A DNA stretch of 62,967 nucleotides, filler included, from Octopus bimaculoides (Eukaryota): assembly GCF_001194135.2 (NCBI RefSeq). It is 8 parts of 8 records of this genome, joined end to end, with 100 filler letters (N's around TTAATTAATTAA, not from the genome) between each part and the next. Parts side by side here need not be neighbours in the genome. Positions count along the whole stretch, not along the records: positions 52,163 to 54,139 come from NC_068982.1; positions 54,240 to 59,045 come from NW_026331052.1; positions 59,146 to 62,967 come from NC_068990.1; 5 more parts are not named here. The stretch is one strand, 5' to 3'. Both the position numbers and the translations under genes were made by a program. The notes under the pieces are model-generated. The model ran no database searches. It was not told where the DNA came from and was given only the letters and a program-made list of their open reading frames with translations. Shown here one piece after another: positions 52,831 through 62,967 of the stretch. Every line of letters starts with the position of its first letter. The first letter of the stretch is position 1.

Positions 52831-54081
52831 NNNNNNNNNNNNNNNNNNNNNNNNNNNNNNNNNNNNNNNNNNNNNNNNNNNNNNNNNNNNNNNNNNNNNN
52901 NNNNNNNNNNNNNNNNNNNNNNNNNNNNNNNNNNNNNNNNNNNNNNNNNNNNNNNNNNNNNNNNNNNNNNNNNNNNNNNNNNNNNNNNNNNNNNNNNNNN
53001 NNNNNNNNNNNNNNNNNNNNNNNNNNNNNNNNNNNNNNNNNNNNNNNNNNNNNNNNNNNNNNNNNNNNNNNNNNNNNNNNNNNNNNNNNNNNNNNNNNNN
53101 NNNNNNNNNNNNNNNNNNNNNNNNNNNNNNNNNNNNNNNNNNNNNNNNNNNNNNNNNNNNNNNNNNNNNNNNNNNNNNNNNNNNNNNNNNNNNNNNNNNN
53201 NNNNNNNNNNNNNNNNNNNNNNNNNNNNNNNNNNNNNNNNNNNNNNNNNNNNNNNNNNNNNNNNNNNNNNNNNNNNNNNNNNNNNNNNNNNNNNNNNNNN
53301 NNNNNNNNNNNNNNNNNNNNNNNNNNNNNNNNNNNNNNNNNNNNNNNNNNNNNNNNNNNNNNNNNNNNNNNNNNNNNNNNNNNNNNNNNNNNNNNNNNNN
53401 NNNNNNNNNNNNNNNNNNNNNNNNNNNNNNNNNNNNNNNNNNNNNNNNNNNNNNNNNNNNNNNNNNCTCTCTCTCTTTCCTTCTAATTGTGTCTCTGAAA
53501 GTATGTATGTACCAATATGCTACTGTGTACGTGACCAAGTTGCGTATGAAGAGATATTTCCGTGTGTGCAAGTGAATACGTGTGTGCGTGCTTCTGTGTT
53601 CGTGTGTATATGCGTGTGTGTACTTGTCTTCATGTATGTATGTATGTATGTATGTACGTAAGTATGTATGCATGTATGTATACGTGTGTCAGATATTCCA
53701 CCACTAATTCTCTCCCCTATCCGAACATACGCATCACACGCTTTTCACAAACCCCCTCCTCCTCCTACATAACACGCCCTCTTCCCTCTCCCTTACTCTC
53801 CTCCGTCTTTAACTCTCATCTCAACCAAAACATAACCCGTGTTACTTCCTCTCTCCGACAAAAACCCAAAGCTAAAATTTTTCCCGCCTCTTCCATCACT
53901 AATAAACCCAGTCTGCAGACTTTACAGCTTATCTCCTCCTCCAAGACAGTCGCAATACAGCCAGCCATTGATGATGATGTCACATGTACTTTACCCGATT
54001 GCCGAATATACACGTCTAGTTCCCAATAACCGTCCTTTACCGTGTAGTACGTTTTCTTTCACACAAAATACACGTGTATTG

Positions 54082-54139
<58 letters not shown>

Positions 54140-54586
54140 NNNNNNNNNNNNNNNNNNNNNNNNNNNNNNNNNNNNNNNNNNNNTTAATTAATTAANNNNN
54201 NNNNNNNNNNNNNNNNNNNNNNNNNNNNNNNNNNNNNNNGATTCATAAGGTCGGTTACTATGTCATATAAGTGACAGCGATTAAGGCGGAGAGCTGGCAG
54301 AATCGTTAACACGCCAGGTGAAATGCTTATCAATATTTCTTCTGCCACTACGATCTGAATTCAAATTCCGCTGAGATCGACTTCGCATTTCATCCTTTCG
54401 AGTGGTTTAGTCGATCTGAATACACTTTTTTTAAGTGTGGCAGTTAGTCTATCGGTCATTTTTGCCGAAGCGAAGTCGTAAACAATACCAACAACGGATG
54501 CCAAGTGCGGAGGGTGCACACACACACACACACACACACACAGATAGGTACATACATACATACATACATAAATACATACATAGATT

Positions 54587-54922
54587 GGCGCAGGTGTGAC
54601 TGTGTAGTAAAAAGCTTGCTTCCCAACCACGTGGTTCCGGGTTCAGTCCCACTGCATGGCACCATGGGCAACTGTCCTCTACTATAGCTTCGGGCTGACC
54701 AAAGCCTTGTGAGGGGATTTGGTAGACGGAAACTGAAAGAAACCCGTCGTGTGTGTGTGTGTGTGTGTGTATAGTGTTTTTGTGTGTGTCCCCACCACCG
54801 CAACCGGTGTTGGTGTGTTTGCATCCCCAGCAAAAAAGAATGATGGAATAAGTACCAGATTTAAGAATGCAGTACTGGAGTCGGTCAGCATGACCGCAGT
54901 CTGACTAAAACAAGTAAAAAAT
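54587..54922 (+). mobile_element. Near full-length SINE family C
   Basis: ggcgcagg head, core, internal (GT)n and tail. Confidence 0.85.
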
Positions 54923-54925
54923 ATA

Positions 54926-55756
54926 CAGGCTGTTTCAAAAATCTGTCACATTCTAAAAAATCTTATACCATGAACTACAAATGGTAGCCTGATTAAACTG
55001 GCACCATCTAAAAGCTAAAAGTGGCAGGTTTTCTTCTGTTAACCTAATTTAATTTAATTTTGCTTTTTGTTTTTTTTTTGTCTCTTTTCAGATCCAATAA
55101 TGTCATTCACGAAACAAGAGAAGTTATTTTGCATCTTAGAATACGCTAAAACTGTATCATGGAAATTTGTTCAAAGCAAATTTCGTACAACGTTTATCAA
55201 GCACGCAGCACACAGACGTTCCATTTTGAATTGGCATGGAGAAGGGGTGTCTGGGCCCGGCAAAGAGAACAGGACGTCCCTCAACTTCAAACGATATGGC
55301 TGAAGAAGTTCAGCAAACTTTCCAGCACAGCCCCAGAAATCAGTCAGAATAGCCAGTCGAGAACTCCAGCTTCCATCAACCACTGTTTGGCGCGTCTTAA
55401 GGAGACGGCTGCAGTCCACACCTTACAAGCTGCAACTGGTTCAAGAGTTGAAGGACAGTGATAAACTGTTCAACATGAATTTTGCACAGGGACATCCTGT
55501 TCTCTTTGCCGGGCACAAATACACCTTCCTCCTTAAATTCTGCATGCCAATTAAAAATGGAACGTCTGTCTGGTGCCTGCTTGGTAAACGTTGTACGAAA
55601 TTTGCGTTGATCACGTTTCCATGAGACAATTCTAGCGTATTCTAAGATGCAAAATGACTTCTCTTGTTTTGTGAATGACGCTATTGGATTTGAAAAGTGA
55701 CAAAATTAAATTAAATTACAATTAAATTAAGAGGTAAATTTGACACTTTTAGCTTT
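54926..55756. mobile_element. Tc1/mariner remnants: two 5' halves in inverted orientation
   Basis: TA|CAGGCTGTTTCAAAAA end; MSFTKQEKLFCILEYAK and KRTGRPS..ASRELQLPSTTVWRVLRRRL..PYKLQLVQEL HTH region; arms 55011-55279 and 55490-55756 are reverse complements. Confidence 0.85.
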
Positions 55757-56346
55757 GAAATCGTATTTCCATCTGCCAAGATAACAAAAATTGTCAAAGT
55801 GTAATACAACGGTTTTGCTATGGAATGGTGGAACTATTTTTTCATTTCCTGAAAAAGCAATGTTTTGGATTTACGACATTTTTGCATAATAGCAACAAAA
55901 TATAAGTACACGGCGAGCTTCTTTTAGTTTCCATCTAGCAAATCCACACACAAGGCTTTTCTTTACAAAAGGTGTCATCGCTTTGATTCGGAGGTAAGAA
56001 GGCCTCCTCAAAATCGTCAGCCTACACTCACCAGTACTAGCTCGCTCTTTCTCTATTCTTGTCTGTGTGTGTGTGTGTGTGGCTTTCACTCCACTCGCCC
56101 ACCCCGCATTCTTTTTCTTCACCAGATAGCCTCACTTTTTCCACAATCTTTCCCGTTCATTCTTTGAAACATATTTATCAACCCCGTAGAAAGCATATCT
56201 CTTTCAGCAGAGGTTTTTCCGTGTGTAATTATATTCACATAAAGTAGGATATCGTATGAAAGTGTGTGTATATAAACATATATGTGCGTTTGCGTGTAAC
56301 CTTTACTCTAATATTCACTGATTCATTCTGATTTTATGTATTTCAG

Positions 56347-56516
56347 TTTATCAACAGAACAACAATGAGTTGTGTCTCAGAAAGACTAATGTGTACAGGA
56401 AATGCAACCATCGACAAGGCCGGTTGTATATGCAACGAATACCTAAATGAACCTGGTTACAATATCTCTTGTGTTAACAGAACAAACTTCATAACAGCCC
56501 CAGCTCTTTATTTCGA
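56347..56516 (+). CDS. SLC6 transporter internal exon (extracellular loop 2)
   Basis: tttcag acceptor, GTTAGT donor, phase 2 matches next exon; FINRTTMSC...NRTNFITAPALYF with N-glycosylation sequons. Confidence 0.75.
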
Positions 56517-57518
56517 GTTAGTTTGTTGTTTTTTTTCTTTCCTTTACTTTGCTTTTAATTCATGTCTATTGTAAGTTTTGTTTGCTTCTCTTCTTACATA
56601 TGCATTTTCGTTAGTCATTGCTATATACATATATTGTAAACTGCTGAGAGTTATTTCGAAGATTCATTGATGGCGGCTTATTTAAACTGGGTATTTTACA
56701 GTTGTGCAATGCATATTTAAGATATATAAATGAAAGTAGCATAATACTAATGTGTGTGGTGTTTTATGCCAGGGAAATAGTTGTTAAACATAAGGATTAG
56801 CTATTTGAAATTTATGCTTTTTATGACATTTACATATGTAGAGATTTGAATGGTCGGTTCAATGTGTTCTACATGTGTTTTCACGGCATAGCTATTTATT
56901 CAATAATGCATATTACGTAACATTTCCATTACCATATCGCCATACCATTTCATCAGGCAATCTTGAATATTTTCGTAGTAAAAAGTATATATAGATACAG
57001 TTAAAATTTTCAGAAAACAAAAACACGAAGACAGCTGTAGGAACAACAAGCCGGTGTATTAGTTTAATGCTAGGGAAGAATGTGCGGAAAGTTTTGTGAG
57101 TTTCGAGCCTCCGCTCTTCGGCAGAAAGCATTAAGAGGGAAAACAAAAACAAACAAAAAGAAAACAGAAAAATGTGTAGGGATGAACGGTTCAACATGAG
57201 ATGGCCAGAAGGAAAAGGCTGAATGAAAGGGAAATGATAACGATAACCCGGCTAAACAAATTTATTCAAGCGTGTATGTGTATTTGAGAATGGTGTGCGT
57301 GAGTATGCATGTGTGAGCAAACTGAAAATTACGTGTGTGTATGTGTGTAAGTAACCTAGTGCGTACATTATGTAGAATGATATGCGTTTCGTGTTGCTGG
57401 TATGTGTGTGTGCGCATGGATGTGTGTATGTATATGTGTGGTTATGTGTGTGCAAACGCTTTGGCCCGGGCATGTGTATATGTGTACAAGTAACCTAGTC
57501 TTTCATTTTTATCTTCAG

Positions 57519-57657
57519 TTTAGAAGTCACCGAGAAATCTGTTGGCCTGGAACCAGAAAATATTGGCGTCCCACTTTGGCGTTTGTCACTGTGTTTACTG
57601 TTATCGTGGATAATTGTTGTGGCTTGTTTATACAAAGGTGTAAAATCTTCAGGAAAG
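57519..57657 (+). CDS. SLC6 transporter internal exon (end of EL2 and TM4)
   Basis: tttttatcttcag acceptor, GTAAGA donor; LEVTEKSVGLEPENIGVPLWRLSLCLLLSWIIVVACLYKGVKSSGK with SLC6 KGVKSSGK motif. Confidence 0.92.
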
Positions 57658-58385
57658 GTAAGACAAATGATTACCTGTGATTAGAAACGCTTAAGAACTT
57701 TGTAATGATTAACCAGAAACAAAAAAATAATCATCACATACATTCTGTACATCTTGTTCCATCGAGCAGAAGATATTCTACGCAGTCTTTTGACCTGCTA
57801 GAAATAGTAGCAATATCTCCCTCAAATCGCACTCTTCTCTCCTAAAGAACGATGAATCAGACAGTGATATACAAAAATTGTGATGTCATGGCTGGAATGC
57901 TGTTGAGAGATATGCTCAATCAGAGCAGGTTGAACATCATCGAATATGCAATCATATATGTAGACAACTGAAATTTTGATTTTAATTAGGAACTGCCATC
58001 TGTGAATAGCAATTAGAGGATAATGATGACGTAGCCGAACCCCTAACATAAAGACTTACCTGTGATATTATCTTGCCACGGTGTCCTCAACTGGTGAGGG
58101 TGTCGTTAGAGCGCCGTTGCGACTCGAGGCGTGTGCTAGACATTTAGACCTGATGGAACTTATCCTTAGATATACAAAATACTATACTGGACTGATACTG
58201 ATTCTGTCGTTAATAAAGCAGATCATTACACAACTGTCTGATTCAATTATAAAAATAATAATTTTCAAGGACTTGCATATTTGTTCTGAATACAATTCGA
58301 CAGATTCGAACACCGAAGACGACGAATACCTATTCGTAACATATTCGATCCATTAGTAATTTTTTCTTTAAAACCTCTTTTTCAG

Positions 58386-58529
58386 GTGGTGTATTTCACA
58401 GCAACATTTCCTTATATCATTCTTCTGATTCTCTTAGTCCGTGGATGTACGATGCCTGGAGCCATTAAAGGCATAAAGAAGTTTATAATTCCAGACTGGA
58501 AGTTTTCAAAGAATTTCATCATCATTTAA
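58386..58529 (+). CDS. SLC6 transporter internal exon (TM5); donor site not found
   Basis: tttttcag acceptor, phase 0; [38 protein letters not shown]; runs into a repeat and an in-frame TAA. Confidence 0.88.
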   Translation: MVYFTATFPYIILLILLVRGCTMPGAIKGIKKFIIPDWKFSKNFIII

Positions 58530-58978
58530 CGTCCATGTTCCTTGCTAGTATGGGTTGGAAAATTTGATAGGTTCCAATAGTTTCAAGGACTGTAGCATGC
58601 TCCAATGTCTGCGTTGGAATGGTTTGTACAGTCGGATACCTTTCCTAACGCCAACCACTTTACACTGTGTAATGGGTGCCTTTTCGTTCCAGCAGTACTA
58701 TTGAGGTCTCCTAGCATACACGTTTCCCTCCTGAGGGAGGGATGTGTTTATACTAGAGCAACGAGGGCTGACTACATATAAATACGATACTTATATTTTT
58801 ACTGTTCTTTTATATAACGACAGGCATGGCTGTGTGGTTAAGCAGTTTCTGTCTCAATCAAATGGTTTCCAGTTCAGTCCCACAGCTTGGCACTCTTGGA
58901 ATGGTGTCTCGGAGTACATCTCCAGAAAGATCAAAACCATAAGAGTGAATTTGAGTGACTGAAACTGAAATAACCCTG

Positions 58979-59045
<67 letters not shown>

Positions 59046-59479
59046 NNNNNNNNNNNNNNNNNNNNNNNNNNNNNNNNNNNNNNNNNNNNTTAATTAATTA
59101 ANNNNNNNNNNNNNNNNNNNNNNNNNNNNNNNNNNNNNNNNNNNNAATAAAATATGGGAAAAGCTGGAGATGAATGTTTTGAAAACATTCTGAACTATCT
59201 TTCAGAATGGTTTACTTTTCAATGAAATATCATTTGGTTATTTTTCATGTTTTTATTCAATTAATCTGCAATTTTCTTCTTGTATTAGATGGATAACCCA
59301 CCCTCCATTTACAGCAAGTAGCGAGCGTCTCGTTTTTTACCTGTGTGCTAAATTCGACTACTTACGACTAACGCGTGCGCATGCGCAAATTTGTGACATG
59401 CACACTCCCAGAACTCGGATCCACACTTCTCCACTAATGTCAAATTTTGAAACTGAGTTTGCACCCCCTAAGCAAATTT

Positions 59480-59819
<340 letters not shown>

Positions 59820-59821
59820 GT

Positions 59822-60660
59822 TGTTGTTCAGTAGTTTTATTTTTATAATGTGCTTTTATTTTCACTACCGAGCGCAGCTCTGTGTGCCTTGGGTATGTGC
59901 TGTNNNNNNNNNNNNNNNNNNNNNNNNNNNNNNNNNNNNNNNNNNNNNNNNNNNNNNNNNNNNNNNNNNNNNNNNNNNNNNNNNNNNNNNNNNNNNNNNN
60001 NNNNNNNNNNNNNNNNNNNNNNNNNNNNNNNNNNNNNNNNNNNNNNNNNNNNNNNNNNNNNNNNNNNNNNNNNNNNNNNNNNNNNNNNNNNNNNNNNNNN
60101 NNNNNNNNNNNNNNNNNNNNNNNNNNNNNNNNNNNNNNNNNNNNNNNNNNNNNNNNNNNNNNNNNNNNNNNNNNNNNNNNNNNNNNNNNNNNNNNNNNNN
60201 NNNNNNNNNNNNNNNNNNNNNNNNNNNNNNNNNNNNNNNNNNNNNNNNNNNNNNNNNNNNNNNNNNNNNNNNNNNNNNNNNNNNNNNNNNNNNNNNNNNN
60301 NNNNNNNNNNNNNNNNNNNGACAACTATATCTGGTCTATTTGCCTTAATTTCTCTATCTGTGTGTATTGGCATATCCCAGAGTATAGTTGCTTTCTTGTT
60401 TTCTGTGACCTTTTCTGGCGTGTGTTTATACCATCTTTTTTCTGTTGTTATTCCATAGTGTTGGCATAGCTTCCAGTGTATATAGGTCCCAGCTCTGTCG
60501 TGTCTGTGAATATATTCCTTCTTAGCCAGGACTGGGCAGCCAGAGATAATATGATTTATTGTTTCTTGTCCATCTCCACATATTCTACAGTTACTTGTTA
60601 TATTTCTTTTCATAATATGTTTTTGGTAATTTCTGGTGGGGAGGCTTTGGTCTTGTGCAA
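59822..60660 (-). mobile_element. R4/Dong-like non-LTR retrotransposon 3' portion (CCHC knuckle plus restriction-like endonuclease)
   Basis: AQDQSLPTRNYQK, CRICGDGQETINHIISGC, RHD, LWDMPIHTDREIKANRPDIVV; stop at 59843; 3' end abuts TAA repeats. Confidence 0.88.
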
Positions 60661-61487
60661 GGCAGCGAGCTGGCAGAATCGTTATCATGCCGATCAAAAT
60701 GTTTAGTAGAAAGGATTATTATTATCGTAGATGTCTTACACATTCCTTTTTAGTCGCTATGGAAGAATCCAGAATATAAAAGCTACCTATTTTATTAATC
60801 TCAAGAATATGAGGTGGATAAGGGAAAGGAACTGAGCAATGGATAGTACCATGAATAAATAATAACTGTTGCTGTCGCTGTTGTGACTGTCGTTGTTGTT
60901 GTGGCTGTCGTTATCATTATAATCATTTGCATTCATTTAGTATTTCGCTTGTAATTAGCCTCAATGACGACATCTTGGATAGATGAAATGAAAAAGTAAA
61001 AAAATGAAAACGTTTCCGCTTATTTTAAAGCCATATTTTTTTTGCTTATTTTTAGTTATTTTTTGTTTTATGAACCTTATTAGATTTTTTTTATTGACGT
61101 TGTTTTGTAAACGTTTATTAGATGAATAGTCATCGCGATCAGATAGCGCTGTCCGTCCATGAATCATTGAAGTTCGGCTGGCCACCATGGATATCTCAAA
61201 ATAGCTATTAAATTTAGTAGTATTTTATATTATATAATGTTGGTGGAAACGGATACTACTACAGACATTTTTTTAATGAATTGTTTTTGTTTTCTTGTTT
61301 TCAGCTTATAAGAGTATTTACTTTGGTCAGCCTCAAATCTGAGTTCAAATAAGACTAAGGAGTACTTTATATTTATCTGAACATTTTCAATAAAATAATA
61401 ACAATTATAGACAAAAGAACCTGTGTGTGTGTGTGTTCGTGCGTATTCGTGCGTGTGTGTATAGTTGTACTGGATACATAAAACATA

Positions 61488-61537
<50 letters not shown>

Positions 61538-62312
61538 TATGTATTTAATTGTTACGAAAAATCTCAAGGGCCGAGAATTTTGTACACGATTTTATACAAA
61601 TGGAACATGCACGAAACTATCGGCTCTTGATTAACTTCTATGACATTTTAACGATTAAAATTCTTAGATAATTAATTACATTCTTATACAGAGTTCTATT
61701 TATAAGGCCAAATGCATCCATATGGAGATATTCGCAAGTATTTTTTAGTCAAATAGGAAGTTATTCTTCCTTGGTTTAGGCGGATTTAAATCAACTAAAC
61801 AGACTTAGTATACTAAAAGAGGCAGATTGGAAGCCTATCATTATAAATGACATCGTCTAGATTACTAGCAATTACAAAATATGTTTTGATAGGGTTAATA
61901 AGTTTATTGGATGGGTTAGTTTCAAAATAGTCCTTAAGGTCTTTGACTGTGAATTGTAGGTTTTGAAGCGCTAAAAATTCTACTCTACATCTAACTCATT
62001 TGCTTTTCTTTTTGCTTCTAGATGCAAATAGTTTAAAGCTAAAACTTTGTTTCGCTTATGTGTTGAGGATAGCGATTATGGTAGAGTTGCTGGTCGATTT
62101 CCTACAGGTTTTTAGTCTTATCGGATTGTACGAGAAAATTATTGCTGACAGTCAGCCTTTTGCTTCCAAGTATTTCTGAAATTAGTAATGCGTTTAAGTA
62201 TAATGTTGATTATCATGCAGAAAAGATCACAGGAATTTGTCCGGGCTAGGGCAATTGTTAGTCTTGAAAGCGAATTTTAAATATAGATATCTTATTCCAT
62301 TTCTTTCGAAGC

Positions 62313-62358
<46 letters not shown>

Positions 62359-62847
62359 NNNNNNNNNNNNNNNNNNNNNNNNNNNNNNNNNNNNNNNNNN
62401 NNNNNNNNNNNNNNNNNNNNNNNNNNNNNNNNNNNNNNNNNNNNNNNNNNNNNNNNNNTATATATGAAATAACGAAGGCGGCTAGACGCAATATTATATA
62501 TGTATATATATATATATATACGCGCGCGCACACACACACATATATGTATATGCATATACATATATACGTATATATATGCATATACATATATATATACACA
62601 CAATATACGTATATATGTACATACATACATACGTACATACATACATACATATATATACATATATATATGTGTGTGTGCGTGTGTGTGTGTGTGTGTATGT
62701 ACGTATGTATGTACATATATACGTATATATGTTTACGCATATACATATATGTCTATGTGTGTGTGCGCGCGTATATATATATATATATATATATATATAG
62801 CAATGTTAAATCTCTGAACGAGGTATTAACAGTAGCTGCACGACAAG

Positions 62848-62954
62848 GTGAAGTATATTTGCCACTTAAATGTGGCTGATCCCTAAGGGTGGATGTTACT
62901 GTTGCTTTTAGCCCCTTAGGGGTCAGCCACATTTAAGTGGCAAATATACTTCAC
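62848..62954. repeat. Near-perfect 42-bp inverted repeat
   Basis: Arms 62848-62889 and 62913-62954, one mismatch, 23-nt loop. Confidence 0.9.
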
Positions 62955-62967
62955 TTAAATATATATA

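Overview
AT-rich, microsatellite-dense, gappy animal genomic DNA. The fingers-only C2H2 arrays with a [16 protein letters not shown] signature and the tRNA-derived SINE families point to an octopus draft assembly (inference; no database check). Seven artificial 44N-TTAATTAATTAA-44N spacers split the window into eight separately assembled pieces, so adjacency across them is unproven. Recognisable host genes: (1) three tandem-array C2H2 zinc-finger paralogs in the piece 21638-44891 (11 fingers +, 14 fingers +, at least 12 fingers - and partial); (2) three phase-compatible internal exons of an SLC6 (sodium:neurotransmitter symporter) gene at 56347-58529. The rest is transposon debris: SINE families, RTE, CR1-like, R4/Dong-like, Penelope-like, Gypsy LTR+gag, a solo LTR, a Helitron, Tc1/mariner and MITEs. 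Most interesting signals: a 183-nt block in the ZNF 5' leaders that is 182/183 identical between otherwise diverged paralogs and holds a 16-codon uORF ahead of a decayed N-terminal extension; an apparently ORF1-only LINE sharing its 3' tail with the SINE it sits in; a retroelement tail where the SLC6 splice donor should be; and several fold-back structures. No rRNA, true tRNA or CRISPR array is supported.
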